A DNA stretch of 64,000 nucleotides. Source: Utricularia gibba (taxonomy: Eukaryota; Plantae; Magnoliophyta). Position 1 is the first letter of the stretch, and each line of letters opens with the position of its first letter. The stretch is from assembly GCA_002189035.1 (NCBI GenBank), contig NEEC01000036.1, forward strand, positions 14,583 to 78,582, in the 5' to 3' direction. The notes beneath the pieces were generated by a model that saw only the letters and a list, made by a program, of their open reading frames with translations, searched no databases and was not told the origin of the DNA. The position numbers and the translations under genes are program-made. Positions 11,170 to 24,800 of this stretch are shown here, piece by piece.

Positions 11170-12800
11170 CCCGTTCTAGGTGCCTCCTCAAGACCACGTG
11201 ACATCTGCATCCGTCGACTCGCACCCTAGGTGCCCCTCCGCCTCCTCAAGTATAAAGTAAGTTGTTGAAAAAATCATGTGGGGTGCACGTGACATCTTGA
11301 CTTTTGTTCCTTGAAAAACCTCATTATAAGTTTCGTCGACTGAAGGTGCCCGAAAGGGCATCATGAGCCGGACCGAACGCAGCGCCGGACCAAGTGCCCA
11401 GTGAGAGTGGCCGACACAAAACGAGAAGTTGTTCCTTGAAAAACCTTGTAGGAAGCCCCTGAAAACCGAACGTTAATAAGTGCATCGCTTTAGTCATGTC
11501 GACAGGCTATGTGCCCCTTGAAAAACCTTGCCCTAACCCAACCGCTGAGGCTACAACTTTTCGTCCCGTTAGGTGCCTAAGTCCACGTTCTAGGTATAAA
11601 GTGCCCAAGTTAAAAAAAAAAGTGTTGGGTGACGTGACATGACCAAACAAATGCATCATTATTTTCGTCGACTCGCACCCGGTTGGGCTCATGAGCCGGA
11701 CCGAACGCAGCGCCGGACCAAGTGCCCAGTGAGAGTGGCCGACACAAAACGAGAAGTTGTTCCTTGAAAAACCTTGTTGTGAAAAGGCCCTAACCCAACC
11801 TGACCTTTGTCCCGGTTAACCTTAGCATCCGCGACTCGCACCCGGTTGCTCATGACAACGGACCGAACTGCCTGAGCCGGACAGCAGCCCGGACTGAGCC
11901 AGTTGGCCGACACGTGAAAGTTTAAACCATCATGAAAACGGCCCTAACCCATACCTTTGTCCCGTTCTAGGTGCCCCCAGACCGCCTCCTCAAGTGTAAG
12001 TTGTTGAAAAAAAGTCATGTGGGGTGACATCGCATGACACCCGGTTGGGCTCATGAGCTTTAAGAAATGCATCATTATTTTCCAGGCTACGAGAAGTTGG
12101 GCCATGAGCCGGACTCGAAAGTGCCCAGTGAAACCGACACAATGTGTTGTTCCTTGAAAAACCTTGTAGGAAGCCCCTGAAAACCGAACGTTTTAAGTGC
12201 ATCGCTTTAGTTGCCAGGCTACAACTAACTTTCGGCCCTAACCCAACCTGACCTTGTTCCTCAAGTATAAAGTAAGCCATGACCGGCGGTCAAGTGCCCA
12301 CTTGTTCCTTGAAAAACCTTGTAGGAAGCCCCTGAAATTGCAAATTTAGTCCAGGTGCTACATCTGAGCATCGTCGACCGGTGACCTCATCCGTTCTAAC
12401 GCAGACGCCGGACCAAGTGCCCAGTGACATGTACTTGTTCCTTGAAAAACAAAAGATCATTGTTTGAACGAACTTGTCATCATGAGCCGACAACGACGCC
12501 GGCCTTGCCAAGAGACCTTTGTCCCGTTCTAGGTGCCCCCCACCGGGTGTATAAAGTTTTTTTGAAAAAATCATAGAAGGCCCTTGAAATCTTACCTTGC
12601 ATCCGCGACTCGCTTGGGTTGAGCCGGACCGAAGTTGTTGAAAACAACTAACATGACCTTTGTCCCGTGTGCCGTGACATCTTACTTTAAACAAATGCAT
12701 CATTATTTTCGTCGACTCGCACCCGGTTGGGCTTGAGCCGGACCGAAGTTGTTGAAAACAAGTGCCCAGGTGCAAGAGTGGCATCGACAAAAACGCAGTC
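11170..12800. other. Heavily scrambled zone of shuffled monomer fragments
   Basis: The 313-bp period is lost. The sequence is short consensus fragments out of order, with some unassignable bases. Confidence 0.9.
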
Positions 12801-15800
12801 GAAGTTGTTCCTTGAAAAACCTTGTAGGAAGCCCCTGAAAACCGAACGTTAATAAGTGCATCGCTTTAGTTGCCAGGCTACAACTAACTTTCGGCCCTAA
12901 CCCAACCTGACCTTTGTCCCGTTCTAGGTGCCCCCCAAGACCGCCTCCTCAAGTATAAAGTAAGTTGTTGAAAAAATCATGTGGGTGCACGTGACATCTT
13001 ACTTTAAACAAATGCATCATTATTTTCGTCGACTCGCACCCGGTTGGGCTCATGAGCCGGACCGAACGCAACCAAGTGCCCAGTGAGAGTGGCCGACACA
13101 AAACGAGAAGTTGTTCCTTGAAAAACCTTGTAGGAAGCCCTGAAAACCGAACGTTAATAAGTGCATCGCTTTAGTTGCCAGGCTACAACTAACTTTCGGC
13201 CCTAACCCAACCTGACCTTTGTCCCGTTCTAGGTGCCCCCAAGACCGCCTCCTCAAGTATAAAGTAAGTTGTTGAAAAAATCATGTGCACGTGACATCTT
13301 ACTTTAAACAAATGCATCATTATTTTCGTCGACTCGCACCCGGTTGGGCTCATGAGCCGGACCGAACGCAGCGCTGCCCAGTGAGAGTGGCCGACACAAA
13401 ACGACCTTGAAAAACCTTGTAGTGAAAACCGAACGTTAAGTGCATCGCTTTAGTTGCCAGGCTACAACTAACTTTCGGCCCTAACCCAACCTGACCTTAA
13501 AGTCCTCAAGTATAAAGTAAGTTGTTGAAAAAATCATGTGGGGTGCACGTGACATCGCATCATTATTTTCGTCGACTCGCATTGGGCTCATGAGCCGGAC
13601 CGAACGCAGCGCCGGACCAAGTGCCCAGTGAGAGTGGCCGACACAAAACGAGAAGTTGTTCCTTGAAAAACCTTGTAGGAAGCAAAACCGAACGTTAATA
13701 AGTGCATCGCTTTAGTTGCCAGGCTACAACTAACTTTCGGCCCTAACCCAACCTGACCTTTGTCCCGTTCTAGGTGCCCCCCAAGACCGCCTCCTCAAGT
13801 ATAAAGTAAGTTGTTGAAAAAATCATCACGTGAGCATCATTATTTTCGTCGACTCGCACCCGGTTGGGCTCACCGGACCGAACGCAGCGCCGGACCAAGT
13901 GCCCAGTGAGAGTGGCCGACACAAAACGAGAAGTTGTTCCTTGAAAAACCTTGTAGGAAGCCCTGAAAACCGAACGTTAATAAGTGCATCGCTTTAGTTG
14001 CCAGGCTACAACTAACTTTCGGCCCTAACCCAACCTGACCTTTGTCCCGTTCTAGGTGCCCCCCAAGACCGCCTCCTCAAGTATAAAGTAAGTTGTTGAA
14101 AAAATCATGTGGGGTGCACGTGACATCTTACTTTAAACAAATGCATCATTATTTTCGTCGACTCGCACCGGTTGGGCTCATGAGCCGGACCGAACGCAGC
14201 GCCGGACCAAGTGCCCAGTGAGAGTTTGTTCCTTGAAAAACCTTGTAGGAAGCCCCTGAAAACCGAACGTTAATAAGTGCATCGCTTTAGTTGCCAGGCT
14301 ACAACTAACTTTCGGCCCTAACCCAACCTGACCTTTGTCCCGTTCTAGGTGCCGACCGCCTCCTCACCACGTGGTGCCAAGTGGAAGCTCCCTGAGCCGA
14401 CACAAAACGAGAAGTTGTTCCTTGAAAAACCTTGTAGGAAGCCCCTGAAAACCGAACGTTAATAAGTGCATCGCTTTAGTTGCCAGGCTACAACTAACTT
14501 TCGGCCCTAACCCAACCTGACCTTTGTCCCGTTCTAGGTGCCCCCCAAGACCGCCTCCTCAAGTATAAAGTAAGTTGTTGAAAAAATCATGTGGGGTGCA
14601 CGTGACATCTTACTTTAAACAAATGCATCATTATTTTCGTCGACTCGCACCCGGTTGGGCTCATGAGCCGGACCGAACGCAGCGCCGGACCAAGTGCCCA
14701 GTGAGAGTGGCCGACACAAAACGAGAAGTTGTTCCTTGAAAAACCTTGTAGGAAGCCCCTGAAAACCGAACGTTAATAAGTGCATCGCTTTAGTTGCCAG
14801 GCTACAACTAACTTTCGGCCCTAACCCAACCTGACCTTTGTCCCGTTCTAGGTGCCCCCAAGACCGCCTCCTCAAGTATAAAGTAAGTTGTTGAAAAAAT
14901 CATGTGGGGTGCACGTGACATCTTACTTTAAACAAATGCATCATTATTTTCGTCGACTCGCACCCGGTTGGGCTCATGAGCCGGACCGAACGCAGCGCCG
15001 GACCAAGTGCCCAGTGAGAGTGGCCGACACAAAACGAGAAGTTGTTCCTTGAAAAACCTTGTAGGAAGCCCCTGAAAACCGAACGTTAATAAGTGCATCG
15101 CTTTAGTTGCCAGGCTACAACTAACTTTCGGCCCTAACCCAACCTGACCTTTGTCCCGGTTCCTCAAGTATAAAGTAAGTTGTTGAAAAAATCATGTGGG
15201 GTGCACGTGACATCTTACTTTAAACAAATGCATCATTATTTTCGTCGACTCGCACCCGGTTGGGCTCATGAGCCGGACCGAACGCAGCGCCGGACCAAGT
15301 GCCCAGTGAGAGTGGCCGACACAAAACGAGAAGTTGTTCCTTGAAAAACCTTGTAGGAAGCCCCTGAAAACCGAACGTTAATAAGTGCATCGCTTTAGTT
15401 GCCAGGCTACAACTAACTTTCGGCCCTAACCCAACCTGACCTTTGTCCCGTTCTAGGTGCCCCCAAGACCGCCTCCTCAAGTATAAAGTAAGTTGTTGAA
15501 AAAATCATGTGGGGTGCACGTGACATCTTACTTTAAACAAATGCATCATTATTTTCGTCGACTCGCACCCGGTTGGGCTCATGAGCCGGACCGAACGCAG
15601 CGCCGGACCAAGTGCCCAGTGAGAGTGGCCGACACAAAACGAGAAGTTGTTCCTTGAAAAACCTTGTAGGAAGCCCCTGAAAACCGAACGTTAATAAGTG
15701 CATCGCTTTAGTTGCCAGGCTACAACTAACTTTCGGCCCTAACCCAACCTGACCTTTGTCCCGTTCTAGGTGCCCCCCAAGACCGCCTCCTCAAGTATAA

Positions 15801-18800
15801 AGTAAGTTGTTGAAAAAATCATGTGGGGTGCACGTGACATCTTACTTTAAACAAATGCATCATTATTTTCGTCGACTCGCACCCGGTTGGGCTCATGAGC
15901 CGGACCGAACGCAGCGCCGGACCAAGTGCCCAGTGAGAGTGGCCGACACAAAACGAGAAGTTGTTCCTTGAAAAACCTTGTAGGAAGCCCCTGAAAACCG
16001 AACGTTAATAAGTGCATCGCTTTAGTTGCCAGGCTACAACTAACTTTCGGCCCTAACCCAACCTGACCTTTGTCCCGTTCTAGGTGCCCCCAAGACCGCC
16101 TCCTCAAGTATAAAGTAAGTTGTTGAAAAAATCATGTGGGGTGCACGTGACATCTTACTTTAAACAAATGCATCATTATTTTCGTCGACTCGCACCCGGT
16201 TGGGCTCATGAGCCGGACCGAACGCAGCGCCGGACCAAGTGCCCAGTGAGAGTGGCCGACACAAAACGAGAAGTTGTTCCTTGAAAAACCTTGTAGGAAG
16301 CCCCTGAAAACCGAACGTTAATAAGTGCATCGCTTTAGTTGCCAGGCTACAACTAACTTTCGGCCCTAACCCAACCTGACCTTTGTCCCGTTCTAGGTGC
16401 CCCCCAAGACCGCCTCCTCAAGTATAAAGTAAGTTGTTGAAAAAATCATGTGGGGTGCACGTGACATCTTACTTTAAACAAATGCATCATTATTTTCGTC
16501 GACTCGCACCCGGTTGGGCTCATGAGCCGGACCGAACGCAGCGCCGGACCAAGTGCCCAGTGAGAGTGGCCGACACAAAACGAGAAGTTGTTCCTTGAAA
16601 AACCTTGTAGGAAGCCCCTGAAAACCGAACGTTAATAAGTGCATCGCTTTAGTTGCCAGGCTACAACTAACTTTCGGCCCTAACCCAACCTGACCTTTGT
16701 CCCGTTCTAGGTGCCCCCCAAGACCGCCTCCTCAAGTATAAAGTAAGTTGTTGAAAAAATCATGTGGGGTGCACGTGACATCTTACTTTAAACAAATGCA
16801 TCATTATTTTCGTCGACTCGCACCCGGTTGGGCTCATGAGCCGGACCGAACGCAGCGCCGGACCAAGTGCCCAGTGAGAGTGGCCGACACAAAACGAGAA
16901 GTTGTTCCTTGAAAAACCTTGTAGGAAGCCCCTGAAAACCGAACGTTAATAAGTGCATCGCTTTAGTTGCCAGGCTACAACTAACTTTCGGCCCTAACCC
17001 AACCTGACCTTTGTCCCGTTCTAGGTGCCCCCAAGACCGCCTCCTCAAGTATAAAGTAAGTTGTTGAAAAAATCATGTGGGGTGCACGTGACATCTTACT
17101 TTAAACAAATGCATCATTATTTTCGTCGACTCGCACCCGGTTGGGCTCATGAGCCGGACCGAACGCAGCGCCGGACCAAGTGCCCAGTGAGAGTGGCCGA
17201 CACAAAACGAGAAGTTGTTCCTTGAAAAACCTTGTAGGAAGCCCCTGAAAACCGAACGTTAATAAGTGCATCGCTTTAGTTGCCAGGCTACAACTAACTT
17301 TCGGCCCTAACCCAACCTGACCTTTGTCCCGTTCTAGGTGCCCCCAAGACCGCCTCCTCAAGTATAAAGTAAGTTGTTGAAAAAATCATGTGGGGTGCAC
17401 GTGACATCTTACTTTAAACAAATGCATCATTATTTTCGTCGACTCGCACCCGGTTGGGCTCATGAGCCGGACCGAACGCAGCGCCGGACCAAGTGCCCAG
17501 TGAGAGTGGCCGACACAAAACGAGAAGTTGTTCCTTGAAAAACCTTGTAGGAAGCCCCTGAAAACCGAACGTTAATAAGTGCATCGCTTTAGTTGCCAGG
17601 CTACAACTAACTTTCGGCCCTAACCCAACCTGACCTTTGTCCCGTTCTAGGTGCCCCCAAGACCGCCTCCTCAAGTATAAAGTAAGTTGTTGAAAAAATC
17701 ATGTGGGGTGCACGTGACATCTTACTTTAAACAAATGCATCATTATTTTCGTCGACTCGCACCCGGTTGGGCTCATGAGCCGGACCGAACGCAGCGCCGG
17801 ACCAAGTGCCCAGTGAGAGTGGCCGACACAAAACGAGAAGTTGTTCCTTGAAAAACCTTGTAGGAAGCCCCTGAAAACCGAACGTTAATAAGTGCATCGC
17901 TTTAGTTGCCAGGCTACAACTAACTTTCGGCCCTAACCCAACCTGACCTTAATAAGTAAGCATCGCTCTTAGCATCATGTCGACAGGCTCATGAGCCGGA
18001 AACTAACGTTTCGGTCGACTCGCAGTGACCTTGTGTCCCTGGAACCATCGCTTTAGTTGCCAGGCTACAACTAACTTTCGGCCCCCCAACCTGACCTTTG
18101 TCCTTCCTCAAGTATAAAGTAAGTTGTTGAAAAAATCATGTGGGGTGCACGTGACATCTTACTTTAAACAAATGCATCATTATTTTCGTCGACTCGCACC
18201 CGGTTGGGCTCATGAGCCGGACCGAACGCAGCGCCGGACCAAGTGCCCAGTGAGAGTGGCCGACACAAAACGAGAAGTTGTTCCTTGAAAAACCTTGTAG
18301 GAAGCCCCTGTGCATCGCTTTAGTTGCCAGGCTACAACTAACTTTCGGCCCTAACCCAACCTGACCTTTGTCCCGTTCTAGGTGCCTCCTCAAGTATAAA
18401 GTAAGTTGTTGAAAAAATCATGTGGGGTGCACGTGACATCTTACTTTAAACAAATGCATCATTATTTTCGTCGACTCGCACCCGGTTGGGCTCATGAGCC
18501 GGACCGAACGCAGCGCCGGACCAAGTGCCCAGTGAGAGTGGCCGACACAAAACGAGAAGTTGTTCCTTGAAAAACCTTGTAGGAAGCCCCTGAAAACCGA
18601 ACGTTAATAAGTGCATCGCTTTAGTTGCCAGGCTACAACTAACTTTCGGCCCTAACCCAACCTGACCTTTGTCCCGTTCTAGGTGCCCCCCAAGACCGCC
18701 TCCTCAAGTATAAAGTAAGTTGTTGAAAAAATCATGTGGGGTGCACGTGACATCTTACTTTAAACAAATGCATCATTATTTTCGTCGACTCGCACCCGGT

Positions 18801-21800
18801 TGGGCTCATGAGCCGGACCGAACGCAGCGCCGGACCAAGTGCCCAGTGAGAGTGGCCGACACAAAACGAGAAGTTGTTCCTTGAAAAACCTTGTAGGAAG
18901 CCCCTGAAAACCGAACGTTAATAAGTGCATCGCTTTAGTTGCCAGGCTACAACTAACTTTCGGCCCTAACCCAACCTGACCTTTGTCCCGTTCTAGGTGC
19001 CCCCAAGACCGCCTCCTCAAGTATAAAGTAAGTTGTTGAAAAAATCATGTGGGGTGCACGTGACATCTTACTTTAAACAAATGCATCATTATTTTCGTCG
19101 ACTCGCACCCGGTTGGGCTCATGAGCCGGACCGAACGCAGCGCCGGACCAAGTGCCCAGTGAGAGTGGCCGACACAAAACGAGAAGTTGTTCCTTGAAAA
19201 ACCTTGTAGGAAGCCCCTGAAAACCGAACGTTAATAAGTGCATCGCTTTAGTTGCCAGGCTACAACTAACTTTCGGCCCTAACCCAACCTGACCTTTGTC
19301 CCGTTCTAGGTGCCCCCCAAGACCGCCTCCTCAAGTATAAAGTAAGTTGTTGAAAAAATCATGTGGGGTGCACGTGACATCTTACTTTAAACAAATGCAT
19401 CATTATTTTCGTCGACTCGCACCGGTTGGGCTCATGAGCCGGACCGAACGCAGCGCCGGACCAAGTGCCCAGTGAGAGTGGCCGACACAAAACGAGAAGT
19501 TGTTCCTTGAAAAACCTTGTAGGAAGCCCCTGAAAACCGAACCGCTTTAATACAACTAACTTTCGGCCCTAACCCAACCTGACAGGTGCGACCGCCTAAG
19601 TAGTAAGTTGTTGAAAAAATCATGTGGGGTGCACGTGACATCTTACTTTAAACAAATGCATCATTATTTTCGTCGACTCGCACCCGGTTGGGCTCATGAG
19701 CCGGACCGAACGCAGCGCCGGACCAAGTGCCCAGTGAGAGTGGCCGACACAAAACGAGAAGTTGTTCCTTGAAAAACCTTGTAGGAAGCCCCTGAAAACC
19801 GAACGTTAATAAGTGCATCGCTTTAGTTGCCAGGCTACAACTAACTTTCGGCCCTAACCCAACCTGACCTTTGTCCCGTTCTAGGTGCCCCCAAGACCGC
19901 CTCCTCAAGTATAAAGTAAGTTGTTGAAAAAATCATGTGGGGTGCACGTGACATCTTACTTTAAACAAATGCATCATTATTTTCGTCGACTCGCACCCGG
20001 TTGGGCTCATGAGCCGGACCGAACGCAGCGCCGGACCAAGTGCCCAGTGAGAGTGGCCGACACAAAACGAGAAGTTGTTCCTTGAAAAACCTTGTAGGAA
20101 GCCCTGAAAACCGAACGTTAATAAGTGCATCGCTTTAGTTGCCAGGCTACAACTAACTTTCGGCCTAACCCAACCTGACCTAAGACCGCCTCCTCAAGTA
20201 TAAAGTAAGTTGTTGAAAAAATCATGTGGGGTGCACGTGACATCTTACTTTAAACAAATGCATCATTATTTTCGTCGACTCGCAATTTGAGAGTGGCCGA
20301 CACAAAACGAGAAGTTGTTCCTTGAAAAACCTTGTAGGAAGCCCCTGAAAACCGAACGTTAATAAGTGCATCGCTTTAGTTGCCAGGCTACAACTAACTT
20401 TCGGCCCTAACCCAACCTGACCTTTGTCCCGTTCTAGGTGCCCCCAAGACCGCCTCCTCAAGTATAAAGTAAGTTGTTGAAAAAATCATGTGGGGTGCAC
20501 GTGACATCTTACTTTAAACAAATGCATCATTATTTTCGTCGACTCGCACCCGGTTGGGCTCATGAGCCGGACCGAACGCAGCGCCGGACCAAGTGCCCAG
20601 TGAGAGTGGCCGACACAAAACGAGAAGTTGTTCCTTGAAAAACCTTGTAGGAAGCCCCTGAAAACCGAACGTTAATAAGTGCATCGCTTTAGTTGCCAGG
20701 CTACAACTAACTTTCGGCCCTAACCCAACCTGACCTTTGTCCCGTTCTAGGTGCCCCAAGACCAACATGTGGGGTGCACGTGACATCTTACTTTAAACAA
20801 ATGCATCATTATTTTCGTCGACTCGCACCCGGTTGGGCTCATGAGCCGGACCGAACGCAGCGCCGGACCAAGTGCCCCCGACAGACCTTGCCTCCTCAAC
20901 GTTAATAAATCGCTTTAGTTGCCAGGCTACAACTAACTTTCGGCCCTAACCCAACCTGACCTTTGTCCCGTTCTAGGTGCCCCCAAGACAAGTACATGTG
21001 GGGTGCACGTGACATCTTACTTTAAACAAATGCATCATTATTTTCGTCGACTCGCACCCGGTTGGGCTCATGAGCCGGACCGAACGCAGCGCCGGACCAA
21101 GTGCCCAGTGAGAGTGGCCGACACAAAACGAGAAGTTGTTCCTTGAAAAACCTTGTAGGAAGCCCCTGAAAACCGAACGTTAATAAGTGCATCGCTTTAG
21201 TTGCCAGGCTACAACTAACTTTCGGCCCTAACCCAACCTGACCTTTGTCCCGTTCTAGGTGCCCCCCAAGACCGCCTCCTCAAGTATAAAGTAAGTTGTT
21301 GAAAAAATCATGTGGGGTGCACGTGACATCTTACTTTAAACAAATGCATCATTATTTTCGTCGACTCGCACCCGGTTGGGCTCATGAGCCGGACCGAACG
21401 CAGCGCCGGACCAAGTGCCCAGTGAGAGTGGCCGACACAAAACGAGAAGTTGTTCCTTGAAAAACCTTGTAGGAAGCCCCTGAAAACCGAACGTTAATAA
21501 GTGCATCGCTTTAGTTGCCAGGCTACAACTAACTTTCGGCCCTAACCCAACCTGACCTTTGTCCCGTTCTAGGTGCCCCCAAGACCGCCTCCTCAAGTAT
21601 AAAGTAAGTTGTTGAAAAAATCATGTGGGGTGCACGTGACATCTTACTTTAAACAAATGCATCATTATTTTCGTCGACTCGCACCCTCATGAGTGCCCCT
21701 CCCCCGGACCAAACGAGAAGGACCACATGTGGGGTGCACGTGACATCTTACTTTAAACAAATGCATCATTATTTTCGTCGACTCGCACCCGGTTGGCTCG

Positions 21801-24800
21801 AGCCTGAGTGAAGTTTGTTCCTTGAAAAACCTTGTAGGAAGCCCCCGAACGTTAATAAGTGCATCGCTTTAGTTGCCAGGCTACAACTAACTTTCGGCCC
21901 TAACCCAACCTGACCTTAAAGTCCTCAAGTGCATCACGTGACATCTTACTTTAAACAAATGCATCATTATTTTCGTCGACTCGCAGGTTGGGCTCATGAG
22001 CCGGACCGAACGCAGCGCCGGACCAAGTGCCCAGTGAGAGTGGCCGACACAAAACGAGAAGTTGTTCCTTGAAAAACCTTGTAGGAAGCCCCTGAAAACC
22101 GAACGTTAATAAGTGCATCGCTTTAGTTGCCAGGCTACAACTAACTTTCGGCCCTAACCCAACCTGACCTTTGTCCCGTTCTAGGTGCCCCCAAGACCGC
22201 CTCCTCAAGTATAAAGTAAGTTGTTGAAAAAATCATGTGGGGTGCACGTGACATCTTACTTTAAACAAATGCATCATTATTTTCGTCGACTCGCACCCGG
22301 TTGGGCTCATGAGCCGGACCGAACGCAGCGCCGGACCAAGTGCCCAGTGAGAGTGGCCGACACAAAACGAGAAGTTGTTCCTTGAAAAACCTTGTAGGAA
22401 GCCCCTGAAAACCGAACGTTAATAAGTGCATCGCTTTAGTTGCCAGGCTACAACTAACTTTCGGCCCTAACCCAACCTGACCTTTGTCCCGTTCTAGGTG
22501 CCCCCCAAGACCGCCTCCTCAAGTATAAAGTAAGTTGTTGAAAAAATCATGTGGGGTGCACGTGACATCTTACTTTAAACAAATGCATCATTATTTTCGT
22601 CGACTCGCACCCGGTTGGGCTCATGAGCCGGACCGAACGCAGCGCCGGACCAAGTGCCCAGTGAGAGTGGCCGACACAAAACGAGAAGTTGTTCCTTGAA
22701 AAACCTTGTAGGAAGCCCCTGAAAACCGAACGTTAATAAGTGCATCGCTTTAGTTGCCAGGCTACAACTAACTTTCGGCCCTAACCCAACCTGACCTTTG
22801 TCCCGTTCTAGGTGCCCCCCAAGACCGCCTCCTCAAGTATAAAGTAAGTTGTTGAAAAAATCATGTGGGGTGCACGTGACATCTTACTTTAAACAAATGC
22901 ATCATTATTTTCGTCGACTCGCACCCGGTTGGGCTCATGAGCCGGACCGAACGCAGCGCCGGACCAAGTGCCCAGTGAGAGTGGCCGACACAAAACGAGA
23001 AGTTGTTCCTTGAAAAACCTTGTAGGAAGCCCCTGAAAACCGAACGTTAATAAGTGCATCGCTTTAGTTGCCAGGCTACAACTAACTTTCGGCCCTAACC
23101 CAACCTGACCTTTGTCCCGTTCTAGGTGCCCCCAAGACCGCCTCCTCAAGTATAAAGTAAGTTGTTGAAAAAATCATGTGGGGTGCACGTGACATCTTAC
23201 TTTAAACAAATGCATCATTATTTTCGTCGACTCGCACCCGGTTGGGCTCATGAGCCGGACCGAACGCAGCGCCGGACCAAGTGCCCAGTGAGAGTGGCCG
23301 ACACAAAACGAGAAGTTGTTCCTTGAAAAACCTTGTAGGAAGCCCCTGAAAACCGAACGTTAATAAGTGCATCGCTTTAGTTGCCAGGCTACAACTAACT
23401 TTCGGCCCTAACCCAACCTGACCTTTGTCCCGTTCTAGGTGCCCCCCAAGACCGCCTCCTCAAGTATAAAGTAAGTTGTTGAAAAAATCATGTGGGGTGC
23501 ACGTGACATCTTACTTTAAACAAATGCATCATTATTTTCGTCGACTCGCACCCGGTTGGGCTCATGAGCCGGACCGAACGCAGCGCCGGACCAAGTGCCC
23601 AGTGAGAGTGGCCGACACAAAACGAGAAGTTGTTCCTTGAAAAACCTTGTAGGAAGCCCCTGAAAACCGAACGTTAATAAGTGCATCGCTTTAGTTGCCA
23701 GGCTACAACTAACTTTCGGCCCTAACCCAACCTGACCTTTGTCCCGTTCTAGGTGCCCCCAAGACCGCCTCCTCAAGTATAAAGTAAGTTGTTGAAAAAA
23801 TCATGTGGGGTGCACGTGACATCTTACTTTAAACAAATGCATCATTATTTTCGTCGACTCGCACCGGTTGGGCTCATGAGCCGGACCGAACGCAGCGCCG
23901 GACCAAGTGCCCAGTGAGAGTGGCCGACACAAAACGAGAAGTTGTTCCTTGAAAAACCTTGTAGGAAGCCCCTGAAAACCGAACGTTAATAAGTGCATCG
24001 CTTTAGTTGCCAGGCTACAACTAACTTTCGGCCCTAACCCAACCTGACCTTTGTCCCGTTCTAGGTGCCCCCAAGACCGCCTCCTCAAGTATAAAGTAAG
24101 TTGTTGAAAAAATCATGTGGGGTGCACGTGACATCTTACTTTAAACAAATGCATCATTATTTTCGTCGACTCGCACCCGGTTGGGCTCATGAGCCGGACC
24201 GAACGCAGCGCCGGACCAAGTGCCCAGTGAGAGTGGCCGACACAAAACGAGAAGTTGTTCCTTGAAAAACCTTGTAGGAAGCCCCTGAAAACCGAACGTT
24301 AATAAGTGCATCGCTTTAGTTGCCAGGCTACAACTAACTTTCGGCCCTAACCCAACCTGACCTTTGTCCCGTTCTAGGTGCCCCCCAAGACCGCCTCCTC
24401 AAGTATAAAGTAAGTTGTTGAAAAAATCATGTGGGGTGCACGTGACATCTTACTTTAAACAAATGCATCATTATTTTCGTCGACTCGCACCCGGTTGGGC
24501 TCATGAGCCGGACCGAACGCAGCGCCGGACCAAGTGCCCAGTGAGAGTGGCCGACACAAAACGAGAAGTTGTTCCTTGAAAAACCTTGTAGGAAGCCCCT
24601 GAAAACCGAACGTTAATAAGTGCATCGCTTTAGTTGCCAGGCTACAACTAACTTTCGGCCCTAACCCAACCTGACCTTTGTCCCGTTCTAGGTGCCCCCC
24701 AAGACCGCCTCCTCAAGTATAAAGTAAGTTGTTGAAAAAATCATGTGGGGTGCACGTGACATCTTACTTTAAACAAATGCATCATTATTTTCGTCGACTC

